NCBI RefSeq assembly: GCF_008189285.1
Contig: NZ_CP043315.1
Location: 210,001 to 242,000, forward strand
Source of the DNA: Candidatus Saccharimonadota bacterium
GTDB lineage: Bacteria; Pseudomonadota; Alphaproteobacteria; CAJXXZ01; 1604HC
Reading direction: 5' to 3'
DNA length: 32,000 bases
The stretch's first letter is position 1. Every line of letters begins with the position of its first letter. Made by a program: the position numbers and the translations under genes. Below the pieces are notes generated by a model. It was given only the letters and a program-made list of their open reading frames with translations. It had not been told where the DNA came from and did not search any database. Shown one piece after another: positions 9,576-18,699 of the stretch.

Positions 9576-10004
9576 ATGAATAACATAAATATAAAATTAC
9601 TTAATGAAAAATGCATGCCTACTAAAGGAACAAAAGATAGTGCTGGATTTGATTTATATGCAAATATAGATCAAAGTGTCACAATTTCTCCAATGAAGAG
9701 AGTGCTTGTGCCCACGGGATTTTGTATGGAGCTTCCTAAAATGCATGAAGCGCAAATCAGATCTAGATCAGGCCTGGCTTATAAAAATGGAATCTCGGTA
9801 TTAAATTCTCCAGGAACTATTGATTCAGATTATAGACAAGAAGTTAAGGTGATTTTGATTAATTTAGGAGAGCAAGATTTTGTTATAGAGCCATATTTTA
9901 GAATTGCTCAAATGATTATAAATAGATTAGATGATATTATGTTGAGAAATGCTGAAATTATGGATACTGCTAGAGGAGGATTTGGATCAACAGGTATAAA
10001 GTAA
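9576..10004 (+). CDS. dut: dUTP diphosphatase
   Basis: 142 aa with dUTPase motifs AGFDL, SRSGLAYKNG, GTIDSDYRQE and the C-terminal RGGFGSTG. Confidence 0.9.
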   Translation: MNNINIKLLNEKCMPTKGTKDSAGFDLYANIDQSVTISPMKRVLVPTGFCMELPKMHEAQIRSRSGLAYKNGISVLNSPGTIDSDYRQEVKVILINLGEQDFVIEPYFRIAQMIINRLDDIMLRNAEIMDTARGGFGSTGIK

Positions 10005-10072
10005 TCTATAAAATAGACAAAATAAAAGTTAAGTACACTTGATTTTTTAAATAATAATGAGATAATTGATGC

Positions 10073-11641
10073 ATGAATAAAAGTAGTGCAATTTTAGGTA
10101 TGTTGCTTTCTTTATTTTTTAATAGCGTAAATGCTGATAAAGCAGGAATAGAGGCTTTATCTAACTATGCTAGAGATAGTCGTGGAAAAGTTTCTAATAT
10201 TGAAGCTTTCATTCTAGATGTTGAGAGTGGATTAGAATTAGTAAAAGAAAATGGTGATGTTTTTGGAATCAGTAAAGAAAATATCAAAAAATACTTTGAA
10301 TTGAAGAGCATTAATGGAGTTAGAGTTTATACATTCAAAAAAGAAAGAAATAAGCAATTTACTCTTTATGGTCTTTTGGCTGAATTGACAAAAAGTGAAT
10401 CAAAGTATTCTCAAGTTTCATTTGCTGCGGCTGCGGATACATGCAATAAAATAAAATTTGGACCATCTCTTGGATCATTTGAATCATTTGAAATTAATAT
10501 AACAGAAGCTGACATGGAATATTTTGCAGAATTGAGTTCTGAAAATAGAAAAGAAGATTTGGAAGTTCTGAAAGCTATTGCTGAAGAAGCTGAAGAAGGA
10601 ACATTAGCTCATTTCATTAAACTGTCTATTGAAGGAGAAGAAAATTTAACATCTTACTCTTTTGCTTTTGAAAATTTCAAATGCAAAGCAAATGATATTC
10701 TTGAAGAGGTTAAAAATGTTTCAAACGAATCATTAAAAGCTGAAGCTTTGAAAATTCTTGAATCTGTTAATTATCTTGGCGAAGATTCTGAAGAAGATTT
10801 GAGAATTAAAACAGAAGAAGCAAAAGATAAATTAAGCGATTCAAAGACAAGCGAAGAAATTACAAATAATGAAAAGATTTTCATTGAATTGATCAAAATA
10901 GGACAAGCTCAGGAAGCTGTAAGTAAAATTAAAGGGCTTTTTGAAGAATTCAATTATAATAATTTAGATAATTTTATTAAAAAACTTGTTGATCTTTACA
11001 AATCATGGATTTTAAATGAAGCAATTAAATCTGCACATGATATGATTGATGTAAATAGAAAAAGATTTAATGCTGAACTTTATGATTCAAAGAAATTACG
11101 TGAAAGAGTAGAGCAATTTTTAGAAGAGTCAAAAGCAATAATAGAGGCAGAAGAAAGCGCAGAAGAACATGAAGAGGTGGAAGAAGAACATGAAGAAGTA
11201 TGCATAGAGCATTTAGTTTCAGCGCTTACATTGTCAGCAAATGAAGCATATACAAGAGTAGGTGAAACACATATAGCAGCGATTTCAAGAGCAGATGAAG
11301 CACTTTTAAGAGCAGATGAAGCATATACAGCAGCAGATGAAGTGTATACAGCAGCGATTTCAAGAGCAGATGAAGTATATGAAAAAACAGATATAGTAGA
11401 ATTAGAAGCGCTTGTAAAAGCAAGTGAAGTTCAAGAAGCAGCATATGCAAAAGCGCATGAAGCATTTGTAGTAGCGCGCAATGTTTCAGAAATAATTGAA
11501 TGTTTGCGTAATTCAAATGATGGGTTGAAAGAATTACTTGAAACTAATTCTGATTTCTGCAAATTGTTGAATCCATATATAGAAAAAGCAATTGGTAACA
11601 ATGCATACAGCTTTAAGATTAATTCTTCTAGCAAGAAATAA
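10073..11641 (+). CDS. secreted acidic hypothetical protein with degenerate C-terminal ADE(A/V)YT repeats
   Basis: 522 aa with signal peptide MNKSSAILGMLLSLFFNSVNA. The body is Glu-rich and helical. The segment (a/c)agcagcgatttcaagagcagatgaag occurs twice (11273-11300 and 11348-11375). I recognise no family. Confidence 0.7.
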   Translation: MNKSSAILGMLLSLFFNSVNADKAGIEALSNYARDSRGKVSNIEAFILDVESGLELVKENGDVFGISKENIKKYFELKSINGVRVYTFKKERNKQFTLYGLLAELTKSESKYSQVSFAAAADTCNKIKFGPSLGSFESFEINITEADMEYFAELSSENRKEDLEVLKAIAEEAEEGTLAHFIKLSIEGEENLTSYSFAFENFKCKANDILEEVKNVSNESLKAEALKILESVNYLGEDSEEDLRIKTEEAKDKLSDSKTSEEITNNEKIFIELIKIGQAQEAVSKIKGLFEEFNYNNLDNFIKKLVDLYKSWILNEAIKSAHDMIDVNRKRFNAELYDSKKLRERVEQFLEESKAIIEAEESAEEHEEVEEEHEEVCIEHLVSALTLSANEAYTRVGETHIAAISRADEALLRADEAYTAADEVYTAAISRADEVYEKTDIVELEALVKASEVQEAAYAKAHEAFVVARNVSEIIECLRNSNDGLKELLETNSDFCKLLNPYIEKAIGNNAYSFKINSSSKK

Positions 11642-12441
11642 TTTTATATTTCTATATAGCATTTTCTAAATACTATTTTATTTAAAGTTATTTTAATAAT
11701 TGAATGTTTTTTAAATAAGTTGAGCATTTTAATTTAATAATTAAAAATATTGTTAAGTTTTTTAGCTAAATATCATTTTAGCTTAGATAATTTGTTTATA
11801 AATAAATTATTATGAATTCCATTGGAATGTAAATTAATCCCCCCCTATATTCCTTAAATAGTTTAAAAGCAAGCTAAGTGAGATCAATATATAGTTTTTA
11901 TGTATTAAATAACAATTAATAACGCTGATTTTTATACATTATATAATATTTATTTATACAATTTATAATAAATTGAAATATATAAATTAATTTGTTGAAT
12001 TTTTTTTGCATAGTTAATTTTTTTTCACATTAAGTATGAATTCGCGAATATATAATTGATCTTTTTATGGGCATTTATTAAATTAGCGATATAAGTTCTT
12101 TTCAGTATAAATTGTATTAAATGTTTTTTTGTATTATATGAATTTATATAATATATAATCTATAATTTATTGAATTAGTGTATAAAATAAACTTTTCCAA
12201 TGTTAATAAATTCATTAGTGTTTGCAACTTTCTGTATCCAATACAATGAAATGAGTTGTTTTATTGAATTAGGTCATTTTAACTTTAATAGGATTCATGA
12301 TTGCAAGTTAACAAAATTATACAATAGTTGTAATTTGCATGATAAATAGATAATTTAACAATATATTATTATGTAAAATCAAATTAATACTATATAAAAT
12401 TTGCATGATATTAATTTGTTGATGTTGTAATAGAATAAATT

Positions 12442-12446
12442 GGAGG
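12442..12446 (+). promoter_or_regulatory. Shine-Dalgarno GGAGG for giant-protein paralogue A
   Basis: The context tggaggaatgATGaacaagaaa is nearly identical to the paralogue B context tggaggaataATGaataagaaa. The 4-nt spacing favours ATG 12451 over ATG 12448. Confidence 0.55.
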
Positions 12447-12447
12447 A

Positions 12448-14838
12448 ATGATGAACAAGAAAGTATTGGCTTTTATTGCTGCATTTACTATTAATAAATC
12501 TGTTATAGCTCGTGATATATCTTCTTTGGATAATAGTTATCATAGCCATGCTGTTATTTGTGAAGAATCTGTGTTATCGAATGCATCTGATTGTTTGAAG
12601 AAGTGGGTGTCTGATGCAAATAAGGATTTGTATAAATTCTTAACTTATAACAATCACGTTTACACTGGAGAAAATGATGAAGGGTATAGTTTTTATAGAT
12701 TTCGATGCGATGGCAATGATTTTGATGAAGGTGTAGGGTATAAAGATGGAAAATTGATCCATTTTAAAGGCTTAAATTCAAAAACTGATTTGCATGATGT
12801 GCAAGAAGGTGAAATTCATCATGTTGCTAAGGTTGACATAAGTCAAGTTGAAACAGTTAGAGATTTACTATCTGATTCATCATTAGATTTAGCAAAGAGA
12901 GATTTTTATCTAGATATAGTTAAATTCTTTAAAATTATTCAAGCTCCAGCATCTAATCTTGTATTGATGCTAGATTCTGATTTGAGAGATTTTATGGTAG
13001 ATGAAAGCAACAAAAGTTCAGTTTTGTCAATTATTTGCAATGAGGCTCAATCAGGAAAATCATTTTATGATTCTTTATCTGACATGAAGTGCGATATTAG
13101 AAATGCAAGATTGGTAAAAGAATTTAATGCAGAGCTTGCTCCTAATATGCAAGATGAAAATATTCAAGGAATTTTCCAGAATTTGCTTGACAGTTATATT
13201 GATCCAGCAAGTAACCCTGAAGCTGTATCAAAGGTTTATGAGCATATTAATGAACTACATGCAAAACTTGATAGCCAAGAAATTTCTTTGAGTGAGTTTT
13301 TGAATCATTTTCTTAAAGATCAAAAAGGAAATGCAATTACTTTGACTTCTGTAAAATATGCAATCAGTTTAATGAAAGTTGTTTTGAGCAAGCGTGATTG
13401 TTTAATTAATCCAAGAATGGATTCATTTGATGAAATTAAAATGATTGCTGATCGCATATCTGATGATATTTTAGGTGAATTTGAAAGTGAGTATTTATCT
13501 GAGATTGTTATTCAATTTGGAAAATTTGTCAAAATATCTGATCATTTCTTTATGCAAGATATTGTAAAGTTTATGATGCCAATTTGGTTTAGAAGCAGCG
13601 ATTTTGACAATCTTGCTGATTACAATTATAGCAAATATACAGAATTATTTGAACTTGGACAAGAAGGATCAGCTGCTGCCATTCATCATTTTGTAAGAAG
13701 ATATGTAGGAGAAACAGGAAATACTGATATAAGCGAATTATATAATAATGTATTGATTAAGATTTATCCTAATCTTGCAAATGAAATTCAATTAATGCAT
13801 GATGTCATGTCTGGTGCATTGAATGGATATTTGGATAATCAAAGAATTGTGAATGAGAATCCTGATATGCTTTATCGTGATTTGTATGAAGGTGATAAAG
13901 ATGCATATCATCAGCATTTAGTTGATGATTTTGCTCAGCCAATTGTTAATTTATTTAACGCTGAGCAAATTACTGATTTATCAGATAAATCTTTGGCTTA
14001 TGCTCAAGTGATAAATTTTGCAATTGCTTTTGCAAGTGATCCAGTGGAATTCCTTGCTCATATGCCGTTTTCTCCTATTAGTGATGATAAGGTGCTAGAT
14101 TATTCTGCTATGACTCATAATGAGTTGGGGTATGAAACAATGATCGCATTTAACTCTACTGTGATGCCAAGTGGCGCATTTGGATATAAAGTGGACAATA
14201 GTATAGATAGCTTTAAATATGGATTTAATAATATTCTTGATAAATTGTATGAGTTAGAACAAGCAGAAGGAGGTTTTTTACAATTTGTAGAAAATACTGT
14301 TCAAGAAACAAGAAGTAAATATAAAGATATTCTTATGCATATAAATGAATCAGGTGAATACATGAATGCTGGGAAGGTTGACATTGCAAGAAAAGCAATA
14401 ATTAATTTTATACGCAATGCAGATTCTCTTTATGTGGAATATGATGATGATATTATATTTAATCAAGAAATAGATATGATGCATGTGATTTATTATATTG
14501 AAAGTGCATTGCGAGGAAATTTTAATAAAGATTCTTTTAGTTCAATATTAAGAGAGCTAAATTGTCATGCATACAATAGATTGCTATATGGAAAATCAGG
14601 AAATGTTTTAATATATTTATGTTCTATACTTGATATTGATGTTGCTTATACAATAGGAAATGAAAGAGAAGAGTTTAAATATTCAGAGCATATTTCTTTT
14701 AAATTGAATGTTGATAAAATGTTTGCAGAATTAAAAGAAAAATTAGAAAAGAAAAACATTGATGTTGATGCAATTTTAGATGAAATGCATGAGTTAATTA
14801 TGAGTACTAATAGCCCAGAATCTGAATTAGACGAATAA
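12448..14838 (+). CDS. giant secreted protein family, paralogue A (shortest, no repeat cassette)
   Basis: 796 aa with signal peptide MNKKVLAFIAAFTINKSVIA. The N-module shared with ORFs 19783..22692 and 24937..28515 includes ASDCLKKW, HVYTG, DLHDVQEGEIHHVAK, DIVKFFK and ICNEAQSGKSFYDSLSDM. The shared C-module includes MMPIWF and INFAIAFASDP. Confidence 0.85.
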   Translation: MMNKKVLAFIAAFTINKSVIARDISSLDNSYHSHAVICEESVLSNASDCLKKWVSDANKDLYKFLTYNNHVYTGENDEGYSFYRFRCDGNDFDEGVGYKDGKLIHFKGLNSKTDLHDVQEGEIHHVAKVDISQVETVRDLLSDSSLDLAKRDFYLDIVKFFKIIQAPASNLVLMLDSDLRDFMVDESNKSSVLSIICNEAQSGKSFYDSLSDMKCDIRNARLVKEFNAELAPNMQDENIQGIFQNLLDSYIDPASNPEAVSKVYEHINELHAKLDSQEISLSEFLNHFLKDQKGNAITLTSVKYAISLMKVVLSKRDCLINPRMDSFDEIKMIADRISDDILGEFESEYLSEIVIQFGKFVKISDHFFMQDIVKFMMPIWFRSSDFDNLADYNYSKYTELFELGQEGSAAAIHHFVRRYVGETGNTDISELYNNVLIKIYPNLANEIQLMHDVMSGALNGYLDNQRIVNENPDMLYRDLYEGDKDAYHQHLVDDFAQPIVNLFNAEQITDLSDKSLAYAQVINFAIAFASDPVEFLAHMPFSPISDDKVLDYSAMTHNELGYETMIAFNSTVMPSGAFGYKVDNSIDSFKYGFNNILDKLYELEQAEGGFLQFVENTVQETRSKYKDILMHINESGEYMNAGKVDIARKAIINFIRNADSLYVEYDDDIIFNQEIDMMHVIYYIESALRGNFNKDSFSSILRELNCHAYNRLLYGKSGNVLIYLCSILDIDVAYTIGNEREEFKYSEHISFKLNVDKMFAELKEKLEKKNIDVDAILDEMHELIMSTNSPESELDE

Positions 14839-14940
14839 ATGACACAAAACCTAAAGCATAAAAATGCAATAATTTGAGTGCTAATAATACAATGTGTTAT
14901 TTTATTTATGATGCATAAAATCTATTTAGAATATATTGTA

Positions 14941-15516
14941 TTATTTAGAACATATAAAATCTGATAAAAGCAATTCATGAGATTTGTATTCTTTGTCTAT
15001 AATTTGAAGATTTCCTTTTTCATCAATATTATTTACATAGAAAACAGTCTCATTTTTTTTATCTTTTTTCCTAATAATTAAATTTTTCATCTCATTTTCA
15101 ATTTGTTTCTTATTAATCATTTTAAGTTTGTTCATGAAAAAATGAATTTGATGACATATCTTAATAATAATATTTTTCTTGCTAATAATAGGCTTGATTT
15201 GTATGTGCAGTATATTCGTTTTATGAGTTTTGCATTTCGCAATTATATTGTTGTCAAAACATATGGTATTTGGCCAATCAAACTGATATCTTTTATCTAT
15301 ATTTTTTAACATACTATGTGTTGCCAATATACCTATAAATAGCAATATATGATTTTCAAGATCATTGATGATAAAATGAATATCAATCATTGTATCGCTT
15401 TGCAAGTCACTATTTTGCATAATAACGCTATAACTTTTTAACTGGTTATTTGATGCGTATTCTATTGGGTTGTCTGACATAATTAATTCAAAACCTAAGG
15501 GTAATTTGGTGTTCAT
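14941..15516 (-). CDS. hypothetical protein, possibly a degenerate biotin--protein ligase (BPL/LplA/LipB fold) remnant
   Basis: 191 aa. FIGILATHSMLKNIDKRYQFDWPNTICFDNNIIAKCKT resembles the BirA segment (GI..A..L......KWPND....K..G). The C-terminal VNNIDEKGNLQIIDKEYKSHELLLSDF resembles the BirA tail (GID..G.L......G.....SGE). The GRGRxGRxW biotin-binding loop is absent. Confidence 0.5.
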   Translation of the reverse strand: MNTKLPLGFELIMSDNPIEYASNNQLKSYSVIMQNSDLQSDTMIDIHFIINDLENHILLFIGILATHSMLKNIDKRYQFDWPNTICFDNNIIAKCKTHKTNILHIQIKPIISKKNIIIKICHQIHFFMNKLKMINKKQIENEMKNLIIRKKDKKNETVFYVNNIDEKGNLQIIDKEYKSHELLLSDFICSK

Positions 15517-15623
15517 ATTTTATTATAATAACACTGTCATTAAAAAGATGATAAAATAATCTTTACTTTACTTTATTTAAAGTTATCTGCTTTATACTAA
15601 AAGTACACTACAAGGAATATGAT

Positions 15624-16067
15624 ATGGAAAGAAAAAATTTTAACGCACTGCTAGAGCATATTATTAGACTGAATAAAGTTGTTTCTAATGCCATGAAAAG
15701 CAATATTAAAGACATAGGCATTAGCGACTTATCTCCAACACAGGCAATTTTATTGCTATTTATATCAGAAAATAAATTTGGATTATTAGAATTGGCAAAT
15801 AATTACTTCTTGCCAAATATACCGTATAACATAAAGCAAATGAAAAAATATGGATATATTAAGCAAGAGAAATCCAAATATGATAAAAGGGCATATGAAA
15901 TCACTTTGTCTAAAAAAGGCGTAGATGCATTAAATAAATTGCAAATGGAAATAGACAAATATTTATTGAATTACGAAAAGTTTTTGACATTGTCTTTTGG
16001 AGATTTGATCTCTTCAATGCAGCAATTAGAAGATTTGTTCAAGCATTCAAAAGCTGTAGATATCTAA
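15624..16067 (+). CDS. MarR-family winged-helix transcriptional regulator
   Basis: 147 aa. LSPTQAILLLFISENKFGLLELANNYFLPNIPYNIKQMKKYGYIKQEKSKYDKRAYEITLSKKG fits the MarR HTH plus wing (DKR...L(T/S)..G). Divergent from 14941..15516. Confidence 0.7.
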   Translation: MERKNFNALLEHIIRLNKVVSNAMKSNIKDIGISDLSPTQAILLLFISENKFGLLELANNYFLPNIPYNIKQMKKYGYIKQEKSKYDKRAYEITLSKKGVDALNKLQMEIDKYLLNYEKFLTLSFGDLISSMQQLEDLFKHSKAVDI

Positions 16068-16135
16068 TTTAATTGATTGAAAATGATCATACTGATTTAA
16101 GAGCGCACTTTATAAATTATTTGACTGATTTATTG

Positions 16136-16765
16136 TTAAAATGATTGATTGTTGCATAAATATAAATATGCTGGAGGGAAATTTCTCAACACATAGCTGC
16201 ATCTTCTAGAGCTTATGCCATGCTTTTTTGCTTTGCTATTGAAGAATGGACTATAAGACATTTGAAGATAATCTGACCCTTCGTCAACAAATTTTTTAAA
16301 TAATCTCATAATCTCATCAGTTTTTTGTTTTCCAAGAGAAACAAATGGAAGAGTAGAAATGAAGCTATTGATTTGAGTTTTAGAGTCAACAAAATTTTCA
16401 ATTTCCAGTATATCAGCATTATATACCGATGCTTTGGGAAATTTCTTTTTCAATATATCGCAAAAATCTTTCTCTATCTCAAAGCATATAATTCTATCTT
16501 CTGGCACTCCAGATTTTATTAATGCTTCAGTTACCGTGCCAGTTCCGGATCCAACCTCAATAATTGGCCCAGGTTTATTTAAATCTATATTTTTTGCAAA
16601 ATGAAATCCTATCCCAGAAGAGCTAGGAATTATAGAGCCCATTCTGAAAGGATTAGAGATCCATTTTTTGAAAAAAACTTTTTTACTCATTCTTAATTCT
16701 ATCAAATACTTTAGATTATTTAAATGCAGCATTAATTCTTTTATTAATTTTGCAATATTAGGCAT
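16136..16765 (-). CDS. class I SAM-dependent methyltransferase, COG3963/PmtA-like (phospholipid N-methyltransferase-like), copy 1
   Basis: Contains WISNPFRMGSIIPSS, the SAM motif I IIEVGSGTGTVTEAL and an acidic motif II CFEIEKDF. By comparison with the upstream paralogue, the real start is probably the internal ATG at 16690 (MSKKVFFKKWISNP). Confidence 0.75.
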   Translation of the reverse strand: MPNIAKLIKELMLHLNNLKYLIELRMSKKVFFKKWISNPFRMGSIIPSSSGIGFHFAKNIDLNKPGPIIEVGSGTGTVTEALIKSGVPEDRIICFEIEKDFCDILKKKFPKASVYNADILEIENFVDSKTQINSFISTLPFVSLGKQKTDEIMRLFKKFVDEGSDYLQMSYSPFFNSKAKKHGISSRRCSYVLRNFPPAYLYLCNNQSF

Positions 16766-16856
16766 TGTACAATATTAGGCATTATAATGTTTTGCCAATA
16801 TTAAGGGTTTTTTATTGAAAGCATTTCATTTTGTATCTTTAAAATTGTATATACTT

Positions 16857-16914
16857 GAATTTCTAAGATTATATAGCTTTATAGTAGAATTTCTAAGATT
16901 ATATAGCTTTATAG
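16857..16914. repeat. 30-bp tandem duplication spanning the 3' end of methyltransferase copy 2
   Basis: gaatttctaagattatatagctttatag occurs at 16857-16884 and 16887-16914. The second copy contains the last codons and the stop codon of ORF 16899..17462. Confidence 0.9.
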
Positions 16915-17462
16915 CAATGTATATATGTCATTGGAATTCCCCAAACAGATTTGCAGAAAACTTTTTTCATTCCATAGCTTGCGAATGGTACAAATGGAGT
17001 GTATGCAACATGTATTATTACTCCATTATTTGATTTGAGCACATCTACACATGAAGTGATGATTTCTTTAGTGATAGTTTTTCCAACAGACATAAATGGT
17101 ATTGATGAAATAATTACTTCAACATTGTTTAAAATGTCATTAGGTATGTATTCATTGAATTTAGATGCGCTTTTGTTATGAATAATTGCTTTAGGAAATT
17201 TCTTTTGCAATATTTTGCATAGTTCTTCATCTATTTCCACACAAATAATTTTATCTGCATTATTGCTGCTTGATATAAATTCAGTTAAAGCTCCAGATCC
17301 ACTTCCTATTTCCAATATAAGGCCGTTATCTGAAACTTTTGGCATGCTGTGTATCATTTTTTTTCCAACTTTTGAAGATAAAGGCAAGAAAGTTCCCATG
17401 CGTTTAGGATTTTTTATCCAACTTTTAGCAAATTTAATATTCTCTTTGTTAAAAATAGCCAT
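16899..17462 (-). CDS. class I SAM-dependent methyltransferase, COG3963/PmtA-like, copy 2
   Basis: 187 aa with WIKNPKRMGTFLPLSS, ILEIGSGSGALTEFI and CVEIDEELC. Co-linear with ORF 16136..16765 (tandem paralogues). Confidence 0.8.
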   Translation of the reverse strand: MAIFNKENIKFAKSWIKNPKRMGTFLPLSSKVGKKMIHSMPKVSDNGLILEIGSGSGALTEFISSSNNADKIICVEIDEELCKILQKKFPKAIIHNKSASKFNEYIPNDILNNVEVIISSIPFMSVGKTITKEIITSCVDVLKSNNGVIIHVAYTPFVPFASYGMKKVFCKSVWGIPMTYIHCYKAI

Positions 17463-17505
17463 AATACAATTTTATCTAATACGGTCAGCAAATACTAGGA
17501 TATAG

Positions 17506-18699
17506 ATGCGATCTAAAGTATTTATTGATCGAAAAATGCATATTGATTGCTCAAAAAACGTATTTATGGTAGATTTTCTTATGTTTTGCTCTGGCCCAAC
17601 AAAAAAATACAAAGAATGGCATCAAAAATCTAAAGATAAATTACTTCAGGATTTAGGAAGATCGCATAGGTCAGAATTATGGATAAAAAGAATAAGTGAA
17701 ATATATAATTTGATTAGAGTTGCATTGAGAATTCCTGAAGATTATAAAATAGGATTTATTAATGGATCAGCAACATCTGCAGTTGATGCATTATTGTTGA
17801 ATTTGCTTGGGAATAGACCATGCAATGTGTTAAAAACAGGAGTATTTAGCAATAGATGGTCTCAAGAAATATTTAATAAAATGAAGATGCCTGGAAAAAC
17901 TATCGAATTTCAAAAAGATGCTATAAATCAAATAAATCAAATAAATCAAATAAATGCAGAATCAGACAAGCTAAATCAATGTCATGATAATAAATATTTG
18001 AATAATTATATAAATCCAAATCCAAATTGCGATTTTGTTTTCACAATGATTGAAACTACAAATGGTTTTAAATGGTTTGATGAAGAGGTTCTGAAAAAAA
18101 TTAATGGACTAAAAATATGCGATGTAACTTCTGCAGTATTTTGTGAAGAAATTGATTGGAATTTGATAGATTGTGGAGCATTTTCATTTCAAAAAGCATT
18201 AGGCGGAGAGGGAGGAATTGGATGCATTGTTGTGAATAGCAAAGCATTAGAAAATCTCAATAAAAAATTTACTGTGCCACGATTCATGGAAATTAATGAC
18301 AATATATTCGATGCAAAATTGAATAACACTCCATCTCTGATAGCATTGAATGATATAGAAATTAATTTGAATATTTTTATGGAAAAAGGAGGTCTGAGCA
18401 ATGCAATAAAGCAGTGCAAAGAAAATCAAATTAACATAATGAAGTCATTAGGTGATTTGTTTTATAAGACATCTGATGCAAATGGAATGCTGTGTGTGGA
18501 TTTTAAAAAACAATTGGGTGAAAAATCTCAATTAATTAAAATTTTGTCTAAAAAGTGTGAAGATTATGGAATATTTGATATATGTGGGCATCCAGAAGAT
18601 GATCCATGTTTTAGATTTTGGGCAGGCCCAACATTAGAGTGGTCAGAAATTCAACCATATATTAATAAATTCATTAATATAGTAGAAAATGATATTTAG
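17506..18699 (+). CDS. serC: class V aminotransferase, phosphoserine aminotransferase (SerC)-like
   Basis: FCSGPTKK, GFINGSATSAVDALLLNLL and FSFQKALGGEGGIGCIVV (Schiff-base Lys context like AGAQKN.GP.G) resemble SerC. The likely start is the internal ATG at 17566 (MVDFLMFCSGP). A 9-bp x3.6 repeat at 17923-17955 encodes INQINQINQIN. Confidence 0.6.
   Translation: MRSKVFIDRKMHIDCSKNVFMVDFLMFCSGPTKKYKEWHQKSKDKLLQDLGRSHRSELWIKRISEIYNLIRVALRIPEDYKIGFINGSATSAVDALLLNLLGNRPCNVLKTGVFSNRWSQEIFNKMKMPGKTIEFQKDAINQINQINQINAESDKLNQCHDNKYLNNYINPNPNCDFVFTMIETTNGFKWFDEEVLKKINGLKICDVTSAVFCEEIDWNLIDCGAFSFQKALGGEGGIGCIVVNSKALENLNKKFTVPRFMEINDNIFDAKLNNTPSLIALNDIEINLNIFMEKGGLSNAIKQCKENQINIMKSLGDLFYKTSDANGMLCVDFKKQLGEKSQLIKILSKKCEDYGIFDICGHPEDDPCFRFWAGPTLEWSEIQPYINKFINIVENDI

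Noticed and set aside
12401-12440. A sigma70-type promoter for paralogue A (TTGCAT at 12401-12406 with a downstream TA-rich hexamer).
   Set aside because: The spacing to the candidate -10 hexamers (gttgta, tgtaat) is imperfect. In DNA this AT-rich, -10-like hexamers are everywhere, so this cannot be supported without TSS data.
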